The notes under the pieces were generated by a model that saw only the letters and a program-made list of their open reading frames with translations, searched no databases and was not told the DNA's origin. Position numbers and translations under genes: made by a program. Shown here piece by piece: positions 22,369 through 35,700 of a stretch of DNA of 64,000 bases (within the stretch, counting starts at the first letter, position 1; each line of letters begins with the position of its first letter). The stretch is from Lama guanicoe (lineage: Eukaryota), in contig MU053933.1 of assembly GCA_013239625.1 (NCBI GenBank), forward strand, positions 1,883,026 to 1,947,025. The letters are read 5' to 3'.

Positions 22369-25300
22369 CCGCGCCCCGGCTGCACCCCCAGGCTGGCATG
22401 TGTGCGCCTGAGGGGACCCGGCCGGCAGCTGTCTGCCGTGACTTCTAGCTCTACCCAGACTTCCAGGTCCTGCCCGGCATGGCGGCCGCAGAGAGTGTTC
22501 GGTGTTCGGCTGGCCCATGGAGCCACGTCGTTCTTTTGTGTTGTCTGTGGCGTGGAGTCCTCGCTGTTTTCTCCGCTCCCGACCCCGTGCCCTGCTTCCT
22601 CCGGCGTTTGCCAGCGCCCCACTCTGACACCACTCACCCTGCTCGTGGAAGCGCTTTCCAGTGGTCTCTCCCGCCCCCCGGCAGTCTGCCGGTTCTGGGC
22701 GGAAGTCCAGGTGTGCGTCAGGTGTGCACACAGCAGGCCTCGCTGTCTCGTTAGTGACCCGTGTGTGTCACACGGCGGCCCGGTGTCTGGACCAGGTGGG
22801 TTTGTAAGTCTCCTCAGGGGTAACACACAGCTCTTTACCCCACGTCATCTGGTTGTGCTTTTCTCCAATAACACCCCTTCTGGGCAGGTGGGTGGGGCTG
22901 GGGTGGGTGGGGCTGAGGGTGGTGGTGGGGAGGGAACAAACCCCTTCTGTGCCTTGGAGGTCAGACTGGGTGGGCCTGGAGCACCCATTAGCTGGAGCCA
23001 TTTCAAAGGTACTGTAGGACAACTGGGCCAGGGCATGAGAAACAGCGCGGTATCGAACAATTTAGGAAGAAAAGTTTCTGGAACCCTTTCTCCCACCCTC
23101 ACCGTGTTGATTAGGTATCACATGCACTTGGAATTAAATGTGTGTTTATTTAATTATCACATATGTGGGGGTTAATACGTTGCATTGTTTTTCTCTCACC
23201 TTTAAAGCCTTTACATGTAATTGTAACTGTATAATCTATTTTTCTTTTGTACCTTAAGTCTCAGAAATTAAGAGGTTCCACTTAAATGAAGATTCGGGGT
23301 CTCTCAGTGTACTTCTAGTCTGGTTGTAGGAAGGATGAAAGTCTGGGACTACTCTCTGCTGTCCGCTAAATCGCAGTCATACCAATGGATTAACTTGCTT
23401 TAGGTTGTAAATTTAATTGTACATAAAGTTGATTTATTATTTTTAAAAGTACAAACTAACTGATGTAATGTTTATGTATAAGTTGCACCAAAAATCAAGG
23501 ACAAAATAAATGTGTGTGTTTCTATTGGTGTGAAAGTCACAGCTTGTAAATAAATGTTGTGTGTATTAACCCTTTTCCAGCTCTCCAAAGCGAGGTATTT
23601 TTGTACATATGAAAAAGAGAACTCTTAATTCACTGGGGAAGAGTGGTTGGAGTTGAACTTGACCAGATTAAGTGAGTGAGTGTAGTCAGGTCGAGTGGAG
23701 GATGGGGCGTCCTGTGAATAACCTCAAGTGTGTGAGCCTTAGAGAAAAGGAGCCTTCTGCAGCTGCCACCATCCCTGCCTGCAGTGGTGGGCGGTGAGAA
23801 GGCACAGGTCAAGATGGGTGCAGAGCACAGCAGTGGAGTCTTCTCTTCTGATGTGGTCTCCTAGCTCATTTAACGAATAAAGGTGGTGAATCCCCCTCCG
23901 TGTCCTTCACTTGTAGAAACTGGAGACGTGTACAAAGAAGATAGTACTTGTGCGTCTCATTAAACCTTTCAGAAACGTTCTTTCCTTATGTGCAGTTTAA
24001 AACCAGTAAACTTGGTCAGCTGGTTAGGCAAACTAGAACTTCAGCATCTAACGATAGTTTAGGGTTTCTAAAGTAAATTGGCTTTATTGTAAAAATTGAT
24101 TGCCCTACAGGTCTGCCACGCCCCATGTGTGAAGAGACCTTTGAGATTTGTCAGAAAAGCGTCTACCGCATATCGAGCCTCGGAGCCCCTCCTCCGCGTA
24201 TAACGAGCTTCCTAGATCACCTGGAAGGGGGGCATGATCACTGGTTAGGTTACCCTATTTCTGTTGGACTTCTGTGCTGGGTTCCAATTCCGGGATGAAA
24301 TTCTCTTAACTACATACCTATTCAGAAGGGAAAAAAATGAAGGAGAAATCCAAAATGTTTATGGTGGTTTCTTATGTCTGGAAATTGAATGAAATCAAAA
24401 TGATCAGAGGTTTGGATTTTTTCCCCCTAATTACCCAAAAGATCTTTTGCAATCTTAAATTACATGGGCTCCTCGGGGTTTTTGTTTGTTTTGTTTTGTT
24501 TTGTTTTTTAACACCAGTGAATAATGTCATCTAAAATTTCTTTTTTTTTTTTTAAACTAAAAGGCTGTAGTTGGATTTGTTGTGTTTAAAATAAAGTAGG
24601 GCTTACGGGTTTGAGACAAGCTGGTTTTACTGGTAAAGGTGTAGCAGCTGTTAAGTAACTGTGAAGCCAGATACAGACTGTGCATCTAAAAAACAATATG
24701 CAGCCAGTTTACAAATATCTGTGGGACATGTAAATACTAGCAAATGAAAAAGAAAAGTTATAATTTTGGTGAATTTCATGGGGCCTCCTGTGATTGGAAA
24801 AATTATAACTCTTCTGATTCTAATGTGGAAATTGTGGTATTTAATCTGAAAATGACTTCTACCTGCAGTTCCATTGTAGTGGGCCAGATTCCTGTGTTAG
24901 TCCCTGCTGAGGCTAGACACCCCGTAAGAGCAGAGAAGAAACACACACAGGCTTCTACTCAGCTTCTCTTTAGTGTTTAAAATAAGTTTGTGTTACAAAA
25001 TGAAATTAAACACTCCAGGTATGTATATACAATGAAAACTTATACTACTTTTTTAAATAAAAGATCAAACTAGACTGAGCTAAATGTTTTATTGTCAGCT
25101 GTGATCTTTAAAATAAATCCTATGTGGTTTTAAAATCTGATTTTTCATGAAAATGCCCCTTTCTCTAAATTTATTCATCCTGTATGTCAGGCTATAAAAC
25201 CCGAAGGCATTGTTAATACCGTTTGCTGGGATTCTGTGGCTGGAAAAGGTGACAAGTTGGTGACTTTGATACTGCAGGTATTAATTCCATTTTCATGGTT

Positions 25301-25410
25301 TACTATGAAAGTCATTTTTCACGTTATTCTGTAATATATTGTTAGACTAAAACCATTGTATTAAGACTTTAAAATGTAAGCATTATAATTCTGAAAATAC
25401 ACATTTTAAG
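22369..25410 (+). other. TRAPPC10: TRAPPC10 3'UTR with tandem poly(A) signals (3' end approximate)
   Basis: Follows the stop codon and is AT-rich from ~23100. AATAAA at 23505, 23549, 25056 and 25112. Confidence 0.65.
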
Positions 25411-25789
25411 AAGAAACTTGGTGTTCTGAACTTCATTTTGCTGTGGAGTGTGAAAATTGAGCCTGTAAAGTTAAAGAATTGTTTTCTTTCCCCGATCCTT
25501 GTTCCTGACTCGAAGCATAGATTATTTACTTTTGGGGGCGCACTAGGGCTTTTTTTTCACAACTTACTGCGAAGTAGCTCCCAAGTGGTAAGACTTTTGA
25601 GTCTCCAGTTTTCGGGTGGTAGACATAGTTGCCATCCTCAAATTTGACAACGCAACTGCCTTTGTCATCGCTCTTACAATTTCTTCGGAAACGTTCAATT
25701 TCCAATTTAAGAGTCTCCTTTCGGTCCCCATTTCATAATCTAGAGCTTTTAAACAAGTAAGCATGGGGTCGGACCTTCTCATGCTCCGT

Positions 25790-26760
25790 AGTGCCTGAAC
25801 GGCTTGTGGGAGCCACGGGCGGAGCCCCAGCCCCCCTAGCGGTGAGGATCCGAGCCGGGACTGCGGTGGGCGGGGCCGGAGGGCGGGAACCCACGTCTCA
25901 GAGGCGGAGCCTGCTGGCTGGGACTCCGCCTCAGGGCGGGGCCGGCCGGGGCACCCACGCTTTGGGGGCGGGACTAGCAGGTTGGGCCCCCCTCCCCCCC
26001 TCCGGCGGCACCGCTCCTCCCGTCCGCGGGGGGCGCTGTGGCGCGCCTCGGCGCTCTCGCCCCGGAAGTGTTTCCTGCGGGCCGGAGGGCGGGGCGCAGA
26101 GGCTGCAAGCAACACATGTGCAGCTCCCGCGATGAAGTTCGCGTACCGGGTGAGTGCCGCCCGCGGTCGGGGAGTCGCGGGGTGAGGAGGAGGGTGCAGG
26201 GAACTTAGTCCGGGGGTGCGGGTGGTGTCGCTGCCCGAGACTGCTCCCTCGGGGGCCAGAGAGCCGCCTGGGCGGGCCAGGTCCCGCAGCACCGGTCCCT
26301 CCGGAGCAACCTGAGGGGGCCGGACCTGGGGTCGTGAGGGGCCGCAGCGCGGTGGACGGGGACGCAGGGGCGAGCGGCAGATGGCGGATGTGGGCGGGAA
26401 GGCAGGAGCCCTGCGGGAGGGTTTGGCTGAGCTCCGAGCAGGGCAGCGGGAGCCATCCTGGACTGAAGTCCCGGTTCCCGGAGCCGCGGCGAGCGACGTG
26501 GGAAGGACGCGGGGGCAGAGGGCGGGGAGACGGGTGCCGAGCCCCCTGGACGCGCTGCTGCATCTCGCCCACGTGTCGGGACCCTTGGCGCAGCGGGCCA
26601 CCCGCTGTCTGGAGCCCCGGGCGTTCGCGCGCCCCGCCTCCTGCTGCCACTCCCCTGAAGCTTGTTTCTCCTCCGGGCCGCCGCTTCCGGCCTTTCGCCA
26701 AAGGTCAGGGCCCAGCTCCTTACAGGCTTGGCCTGGCCCTGGCCACAGCGCGGGCCTCCA
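25790..26760 (+). promoter_or_regulatory. PWP2 CpG-island promoter
   Basis: Dense CpG, several GC boxes (GGGCGGGGC at ~25868, ~25934, ~26087), ETS/GABP motif CCCGGAAGTG at 26061-26070, no TATA box. Spans exon 1. Confidence 0.85.
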
Positions 26761-29700
26761 GCAGCTCCATCCCACGCCCGCTGCCCCAAACCCAAGCTGG
26801 TGTTCCCTCTCAGACTGCTCCTCCCTGTGACCCAAACCCTCTCTGTCCAGCTCCTCTCGGCCTGCCCTTCGTCCCAGCTCCCCATCTCTCAGGTCATCTC
26901 TCTGGTCCTGACACCATCACCTTCTGTGCGGAAAGCCATGAGCCCTCACTGGCTCCCTGCATCCCCACTTGCTCCCTTGGTCACTAGCATGGCCTTCAAA
27001 AAATAGGAACTGATTACAGTTCACTTTTGCTTAAAGCTTTTCCAGCTGAACAGGCTCTTCCCTGAGCCTGGAGTTCCCAGGACCCTGCCTGCCTACAGCT
27101 CCAGATGCTCCTTGTCATCTGAGTTCCAGCTCAGGTGGCCCCTCCGGGGGTCCTTCCCTGGCCACCCCTTTGACTACCTCTCCTCTCACGCCTATGGGAT
27201 TGGCTGACTTCGCAGCCCCGCTGTCATTCCTAATCACGAATGACCATGGCCATGGCCTGCCTGCCGGACTAGAACATGGGGGTGGGAGACCACGTGCAGA
27301 GTGCTGTCCAGCCACAGCTCAGTGCTGCTGGTGGAATGAATGGTTGACGGACAGGCTGCCGGCAGGTTACCCTGTTGTGGAAGCCTTGAACCCCGGGTGC
27401 GTGTGAGGTGGGGGCTGTTCTGCTGTTGCAGCTTTTCTCTTCCTGCCACGAGGTCCTGTCCTCCTCTCCACATGGCAGACGCCTCCTGCCTGGAGACTTC
27501 CCCGAGCCCACGGTGCCCCTGATCTACCTTGGTGGGAGCTCGGGGCCCCCGGGGTTTGCGCTCACTCCTTCCTTTCTCTTGCTCAGGACTGGGCCGGACA
27601 GGTGCCCAGGAAGTTTCTGGGTGGGAGGACTGGAGAGACTTCAGGAGTGATCAGGGTGCTCTGCGCCATCTTACCAGGGGCCTCATGCAGCCCTTTCCTA
27701 GAGTTGTGTTTTCTTTGTATTAAGAGAGCTCTGTTTTCTTTTCAGTTTTCAAATTTGCTGGGGACAGTCTATCGGTGTGGAAACTTAAATTTTACATGTG
27801 ATGGGAATTCAGTTATTAGTCCTGTGGGAAATAGAGTCACCGTATTTGACCTAAAAAAGTAAGTACATTAGAATGATGTTGATGCTAGGGATCATAGTTT
27901 GCAGGTGAAAACGTGGTGTTTTCCTCACCTTTGTCTTACCAGCACACTGTTACTCAGGGCCACCCAAGAGGGGCTGCAGGACTTACGTGGTGTCGATGGA
28001 TCAGTCGTGGGACTGGCTGTAGGAGTCTCAGTTTCCTCCTTCTAGTCCCTCAGCTAAACCCCATGTATCGAGGTCTTTGACTTTACCTTTAAGGTAGAAA
28101 ACATGCGTCACTTGGCTGAAACGTCTTGGGATGGATGCCTGGGCCGTGGGAGCCGAAAAGTTGGAACACGACGTAATAAGGGACAAAATTAGGGTGGAAT
28201 CCAATGGCGGTTTGTCTTTAACATTATTTACTTTCCCACTTCTGTGCATTTTTCCGTTTTTGCACAAAGTGTGGCCCAGTGTTCTGTCCCTGTGGCTCAC
28301 TCCCCCGTTGACAGCGGGCTTGTTTCCCGTCTCCTGACTTCCTGTTTGCAGCGTCCTCTTGGGATGGGGTTCTTGAAGCAAAATTGACATGCTCAAAGCC
28401 CATTTTTAAGGTTTTTAACATGCTTTGCCAAATTTTCTCCAGGAGGGGCTGTTGACAGCTCCAGCCCGGGGTTCTGCAGGGGTGGGCAGGCAGGCAGGCA
28501 GGCGGCCCAAGGCTGGCCCGACCTCCCCTCCTGGCGACAGAGACCTGCTGCTCAGCCCTACTCTCTCTCCCCCAGCAACAAGTCGGACACTCTGCCGCTG
28601 GCCACTCGGTACAATGTCAAGTGTGTGGGGCTGTCCCCAGATGGCCGCCTCGCCATCATCGTCGATGAAGGTAAGCACCTTTGGCCGGGAGCTGGTGGCG
28701 TGGGCTGGTGACTGGGGGACAGAGTGGCTGTGTCAGGCTGACTCCAGCCCACGTGGTCCTCTCCCTTGGTTGCTTCTGTGTCTGGGACCCTGGTGGGCTC
28801 AGGGACAAGGGCAGGTGTGCGGGGCGTGGACAAGCCGGGGCAGGCTTTCCTGGGGCCTGAGGCTTGCGCTGCCGGGGTGAAGTGCAGAGCCTGACGCTAA
28901 CCCTAACCCTTCCCGCAGGGGGCGATGCGCTGCTGGTCAGCCTGGTCTGCAGGTCCGTGCTCCACCACTTCCACTTCAAGGGTGCCGTGCACAGCGTCTC
29001 CTTCTCCCCTGACGGCAGGTGAGCGCGTGCGCATGCCTGGGGAGCAGGGAGCTGTCAGCTGCAGCCTCTGGCAGGGAGTCTGTGCCAGGGCCTGGTCAGG
29101 GCCGGCCACAGGCGGCTGGACCCAGAGCTCCCACTGGGTCTGCCCACCCAGAGAAGAGGGGAGTCGGGGCCCGAGAGAGGCAGGTCCCCAGGTTTGCCTT
29201 GTAAGGAATTGGTCTCAGAGCAGAGAACTGTCCCCCCAGGGGCTCTGAGCTGGTCTCAGGACCCTCCCTGGTATTGGATGCTGATGGCGCCGTTTCTGCA
29301 GGAAATTTGTGGTCACGAAAGGCAACATCGCGCAGATGTACCACGCCCCGGGGAGGAAGCGGGAGTTCAACGCGTTCGTCCTGGACAAAACCTACTTTGG
29401 GCCCTATGATGAGACCACGTGCATCGACTGGACAGACGACTCCCGGTGAGGCCTTGGGGCTCCGGGGCCCTGTAAACAGTGTCTCATTAGGGGGCGTGGT
29501 GACTCGTCACGTCCTCGTTTGTTTCCAAATGGCCTCCTGAGCCTCCTGTGGGGCTGAACGCAGGCTGGGCTCCCGAGTCTGAGTCAGGCATGCCCCGTGT
29601 TTGTCACCGGGAACCAGAAGGCAGACTTGGGACCTCGACCAGGACCCTGTTTCCTCAGCCGTCCTGCATTCTGTGCAGGAGGAGGGGAGGCTGGTGGTGG

Positions 29701-32700
29701 CTGCCACTTTGTATGTCAGGCTAGCGGTCCTCCCGTGCTCTGGGCCACAGTGTGGGGGCCACAGCCCCCAAGCCATGTGAAGTTGTTCCTGGGAGACACT
29801 GGTGTGCCCCTGGAGGTTGGGTCTGCAGGTAGGGGGCCGGCGCCCCGCAGCCCAGCCTTCCTGCCTCTTTTGCGGCGGTGCCCGGTCACACGTCTGGCTC
29901 TCTTTATGCCGTGAGTCAAGGGTCGCTCCTTGGGACCAGGGGCACGCCAGGGAGGCGAGAGGGGCGGAGCCCCCGATAGGCTTGGTGCTTGGTTCTCGGG
30001 CTGCCCCGGGCTGCCCCTCTATCAGGGACTGCTTTACGAGGAGGGGCAGTGTCTGCTGAGGCTCCTGGTCGTGGGAGAAGTTCTTATGGGTGCGGCCAGC
30101 TGCCGGGGGAGATGCAAGCGGGGCGGGCGCAGACCCGACCAGTCCCTTCCTGTCACCCTGGCATCTCCTTTAAGTCCAGGGACCACACAGGGAGGTTGAC
30201 AGCTGCACTCAGCTGCAGCTCCAAGGATGAGCTGTGTTTCCTCCATCCAGGTGCTTTGCAGTCGGGAGCAAAGACATGTCCACATGGGTGTTTGGGGCCG
30301 AGCGCTGGGACAACCTCATCTACTATGCTCTGGGGGGACATAAGGATGCCATCGTGGCCTGCTTCTTCGAATCCAGCAGCCTGGACGTACGTCCCTGGTC
30401 ACAGCCCTGAGTTGGGGTGCTGGGCACTCCCTTAAGGCCCCTGCCAGTCGCTCCCAGGTTCCCTGGGGAGGTTTGGGAGCCAGCAGTAGCGGGGCAGTCT
30501 TTGGTGGCATGGGTGGAGCTTCCTTGTCACTGCAGCCCATGGCTGGCGGGGGCTGAGGGTCAGAATGGGCCACACCCACACATTTTCCTCTGCAGCTGTA
30601 CACGCTCAGCCAGGACGCAGCCCTGTGCGTGTGGCAGTGTGACACGGCCCCTGAGGGCCTGAGGCTCAAAGCCCCCACCGGCTGGAAGGCGGACCTGCTG
30701 CAGCGGGAGGAGGAGGAGGAGGACGCAGAGAGGGAGGAGGAGACCACCATCCGCGGGAAGGCCGCACCGGCGCCTGAGGAGCAGCGGGGCAAAGTGAAGT
30801 ACTCTCGGCTGGCAAAGTAGGTCTCCGCCTCCAGAGGCCGAGCTGTGACTCCTGCCTTAGAGGCCCTGGGCGGGCCAGTGGGGGGAGCCCGCCCCCCTAG
30901 GGGCACCTGAGCTGCTGAGCAAGCATGGGGGCTGGAGGCTGGGAGCGCAGAACTGTGGGTGTGAGGAGGTAGGGGGCTGCCCGAGGGACAAGGGGCAGCG
31001 CAGGCAGGCTGCCCGTGTGCAGTGAGGTCCTCCGCCCCGGGGTCCGGGGCGGAGCCGCGGAGGGGTGTAAGATCAGCCTGGCCTCTGGTCCTCCTCCCTC
31101 AGTCCTCGTGTCCCGTCTGTTTAGGTACTTTTTTAATAAAGAGGGAGACTTTAACCACCTAACAGCGGCAGCATATCATAAGAAAGTCCACCTCTTGGTC
31201 ACTGGGTTTGCTTCCGGAATCTTCCACCTGCACGAACTCCCGGAGTTCAGCCTCATCCACTCCCTGAGGTCAGTACCTGCTCCGTGTGGTTGTGTGTGTG
31301 CTCTCCAGTCCGCAGGAGGGTGGACAGAAGCCGTGCTGTGCCTGCCGGGACCGAGGGGCCAGGAGGAGGGCCAGCAGGCTTCCCAGGACACCTGCTGTCG
31401 CCTCTGTCCCGGGCTGAGTGCATATGAGCGCTGCTGCCCTGCCCCCATCTCTGACACGCAGCTCCCCCCACCTCATCCCCAGTCACGGGGAGCTTTGTCT
31501 CACCTGTACATCACGACATTTTTATTTTCCGTGTTCATTGTTTCTCTCGTGTCCCTTTGGAACATGGAGAAAACTAAAACACTGGTTTCCCAAAATCTCA
31601 CGGCTTGGAGGTTTTGAACGTGGGCACGGCTCTGCATTTGCTGATGCTCTGAATGAAATGAACTGTTTAGTGCAGTAACCGCACGGTGGGGGGAGTGGTG
31701 CAGACGTGGGGAGACTGGCCCCGTCTGCACCTACGGCCACCCCGCGTGGGGACGGGAGGCCCTGTGTGCTGACTGGGCCTGCATCTCCCCAGCGTCTCAG
31801 ATCAGAGGGTCGCATCCATCGCCATCAATAGCTCCGGGGACTGGATCGCCTTTGGATGCTCAGGTTAGTCTTCGTGCCCAGGTCTGTGAGGACAGGAGCA
31901 GACCCCTTCCTCCAGGAAGTCAGCCTGCTGCACCCCCACCCCTGAGGCACTGGGGCCAGGCCGGCAGCTGGGTGGCTCACATTCGAAGGAGCAGTCGGTG
32001 AGACTTTGAGAACAGACGCTCATCTGAGTCACGAGTCCCGGTGCCCGTCAGCAGTGCGGCCTCGGCCTCGGCCCTCGGCCTCGGCTGGGGCATCAGGAGG
32101 TTGGCGTCTCCTTGCTGAGTCCCCTCGTTCAGGTGTCTGGTGGGGGCACCTGCCTCAGGGTGAAACTGGCCATCAGAATGCCAGCGTGAGTCCCACAGGC
32201 AGTCAGCCCCGCCATGTGCCCGCAGGCCTGGGCCAGCTGCTGGTGTGGGAGTGGCAGAGTGAGTCCTACGTGCTCAAGCAGCAGGGCCACTTCAACAGCA
32301 TGGTGTCCCTGGCCTACTCCCCTGACGGGCAGTACATCGTGACCGGCGGGGACGACGGCAAGGTGGGCTTGTGTCGGGGGCGGGGGAGCACGGCCTGGGC
32401 GTGAGGAGTCGCGGGTCCTGTCCCTGTCCTGCCAGCCTCGGCACTGCGGCCAGGCCCCAACGGCGGGGTTCAGCCTGGGGCTTTGGGGCTCACCCCGCCT
32501 CATCTGGGCTCAGGAGGAGGTGTTTGCAGGTCTGCCCAGATCTGGGTGGAGGGGCTGTGGGTGTCTCTTCTGGGCTGGGCTCCCATGCGCGGCTCAGAGC
32601 TCTGCGGTCCCAGCAGCTGCGGTCTGACCCGGGAGGGCGCTTGTGCCTCTGGGGAGACCTGGGCCTCCGTGGCCCACCTGAGCTGTGGCCCTCCCGCCCC

Positions 32701-35700
32701 TGCCCTCCCCACCGCAGGTCAAGGTATGGAACACCCTCAGTGGCTTCTGCTTCATCACATTCACGGAGCACTCGAGTGGGGTCACCGGCGTGACCTTCAC
32801 CTCCACCGGCTACGTCATCGTGACCTCTTCCATGGATGGGACCGTGCGTGCCTTTGACCTTCACAGGTGACCTTTCTGCTGGCTTAGGATGCTGGCTCCG
32901 CAATTTCTTCATCCCCGCTGGGCTGAGAGTGAGGCTGGGGGCTCTGGGTGTATCGGGAAGGGAACGAAGTGGAGCCCAGTGTCAGACCCCAGACGCACAC
33001 AAGGGTGAGCAGGCCCTCCATGAGCCGTGCCCCCCGGGATGCACTCTTCCCGCAGGTACCGGAACTTCCGCACCTTCACGTCTCCGCGCCCCACCCAGTT
33101 CTCCTGTGTGGCAGTGGACTCGAGCGGGGAGATCGTCTCTGCTGGGGCCCAGGACTCCTTCGAGATCTTTATCTGGTCCATGCAGACGGGCAGGCTCCTG
33201 GACGTAAGGGCCGCGAGTTCCAGGAGCTGCTCTCTCGAGGGACTGGGGTGCAGGGAGGGGGCCTCACTGATCCCAGAGGAGCGGGTGGGGCAGAGGTTGC
33301 ATCTCAGGAGCGGGCCGCACCATATACATGCATTTTCTGGGGGCACCTCACTTGCCTGCATCAAGACAGAGCTGTGTCCCCCTCATCCTGCAGCACAGGG
33401 CCTCAGAGGGGCTGTGTTTCAGCTGTGGCCTCTGAAAGCCAGCATCTGGCAGGCACGTCGGGCTGGGGTGGCCGCGGAGGGTCTCACGTCCTCAGAGCTC
33501 TTCTCTGAACTGCTGTAGGTTTTGTCTGGCCATGAAGGGCCCATCAGTGGTCTGTGTTTTAACCCGATGAAGTCGATCCTGGCCAGCGCCTCCTGGGACA
33601 AGACGGTGCGGCTGTGGGACATGGTAGACAGCTGGAGGACCACAGAGATGCTGGCCCTGACCTCCGATGGTACGCAGCGCCCAGGGGGAGGCCCAGGCTC
33701 TGTGCTGTCAGCCACCTGTCTGGGGCACTGGTTTGGATAAACCCAGGGCCCCAAGCGCTGAAGGCTGCGGGGGCTGGGGGCTGGCTGTGTCACTTGGCGC
33801 CGGGCACCCCGGGGAAGCGAGGCGGGCCCTATTGCAGCAGACTTGCTGGCGCTGTCGGAGCTTGCCTGTGGGTTAACAGTGGTCTGCGAGAAGTGGTCAA
33901 GGCTCTGCCCATGCTGACCACGGGGAAGCATGAGGTGGCTGGAACGAAGTGTCCTTGTGCACAGCGGGCCGCGGGTGGACGTCTCGGCTGTGGCTGCAGC
34001 TGTTGGCCCCAGGAGCTTGTGGCCTCTGCTGTGTCCAGTGCTTCTGGCCGCCCCACCTGGCTCTGGTTCAGGCCGTTAGTGGCCGGCCCCTTGCGTCTTT
34101 GTGGAGCCAACTTACTGACCTCTTGCCCACAGCTAGTCTGTTTCTAGTCTGCCCATGACCTCAGTGTGATCCTCCCGCCCAGAGCCCTCCACCCAGCTGG
34201 CCCCTCTCAGTTGTGCCCCCTGCCTGCCCCGTGGCCCCCAGAGCCCCCTGGTGCCAGCGTGCAGCCCGGGTTGGAGCAGGATGAGGGCAGTGTGGCCTGT
34301 TGGCTGGAGCCCAGGGTCTTCCTTGCCTCAGACCTGCGTCTCTCTGCAGCTCTGGCTGTGACCTTCCGCCCTGATGGAGCAGAGCTGGCTGTGGCCACGC
34401 TAAACTCACAGATCACTTTCTGGGACCCAGAGAACGCGGTGCAGATGGGCTCCATTGAGGGCAGGCACGATCTCAAGACAGGCAGGAAGGAGCTGGACAA
34501 AATCACCGCCAAGCACTCAGCCAAGGGGAAGTGAGTGCTGAGAGCCGCCCCAGCAGGGCTCCTCCTGCCCGTGGGGCCGTGGGGCGTGGGTGGGGCCTGT
34601 GGGTTAACAGGCTCCCGCGTCCTCACCCTGAGGATGGCCCCCGTTTTCAGTTCTCCCGGGCGTGTCCCCAGTAGTGGCATTGCTGGGTCACATGGTGGCT
34701 CTGCTTAACCTTTTCAGGACCCACCAGACTGCTGTGCGGAGAGCCCGCACTATTCAGGTACCACCACTGGCGCAGGGGTTCCAGTTTCCCGCATCAATCA
34801 CTGACGCTCTTTCCTGTGTTTTTTTTAACCCCGGCTGTTGGTGCTTCGTGGTTTTGGGCATCTTTTCACGGACGGATAGGCCACTCGTGTGTGGGCTTTG
34901 GAGAAATGTCTGTGCGGAGCACCTGTCTGCTCTAACGGGCTGTGTGTCTGTATTGTTGACTCGGGGAAGTTCTCCACGTACTCGGGACCTGAGACCCTCC
35001 TCAGACGCATCCTCCCCCGCTTCTGCGGCTCATCTCCAGGTTCTAGAAGGTGCTCTTTGGAGCACAGGTGTTTAAATTTTCACGAAGCCTTGTTTGTGTT
35101 TTTTCTTTTGCTGCTTGTGCTCTTGGTGTCACATCCAAGAATCCTCTGCCAAGTCCAGGGTCACTGTGTTGAGTCCCTGAGCCGACAGGGCAGTGAGTGC
35201 CTGGGTTCTGGTCCTGCGGGACTGAGTAGACACCCCTGCCAGCGGCCACTGTGAGGGTGGCGGGCAGATGGGTCCCCCTTCGTCCTGACTTCAGCCGGGA
35301 GCTGCCCAGATGGGGCCACATGGCCCTGTGAGAAGGCCTCTTGGAGGTCACTGTGCTGTCCGTCCTCTGGGGCTATGATGCCTCGGCAGGAACTGGGAGG
35401 CTGGGCTGCCGGTTCTCATCCTGCAGCATTTCGGCCAGGGCCGTGTTGGGGAGGGTGCTGTCTGCCTTCTGGGTGGCGACTGAGTCCGCGTCCCCTCCGC
35501 CCAGGGCCTTCACCACTCTCTGCTACTCCGCGGACGGCCAGAGCATTCTGGCAGGAGGGATGTCCAAGTTCGTGTGCATTTATCATGTCAAGGAGCAGAT
35601 TCTCAGGAAGAAGTTTGAGATCTCTTGCAACCTCTCTCTGGACGCCATGGAGGTGAGTGTGCTGCAGGGTTCCAGAGCTGGGCTGCAGACTGCATGGGCC

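Noticed and set aside
25564-26987. Long ORFs (423 aa minus strand, 277 aa plus strand, others) over the PWP2 promoter
   Set aside because: CpG-island sequence lacks stop codons. The products are low-complexity Pro/Arg/Gly/Ala with no domain, and most start at non-ATG codons.
28897-28910. CTAACCCTAACCCT, telomere-like repeat
   Set aside because: Only about two units, and it sits at the branch-point position (CTAAC) of PWP2 intron 3.
31135-31140. AATAAA inside PWP2 exon 8
   Set aside because: It encodes Asn-Lys in the YFFNKEGDF peptide. No evidence of use as a poly(A) signal.
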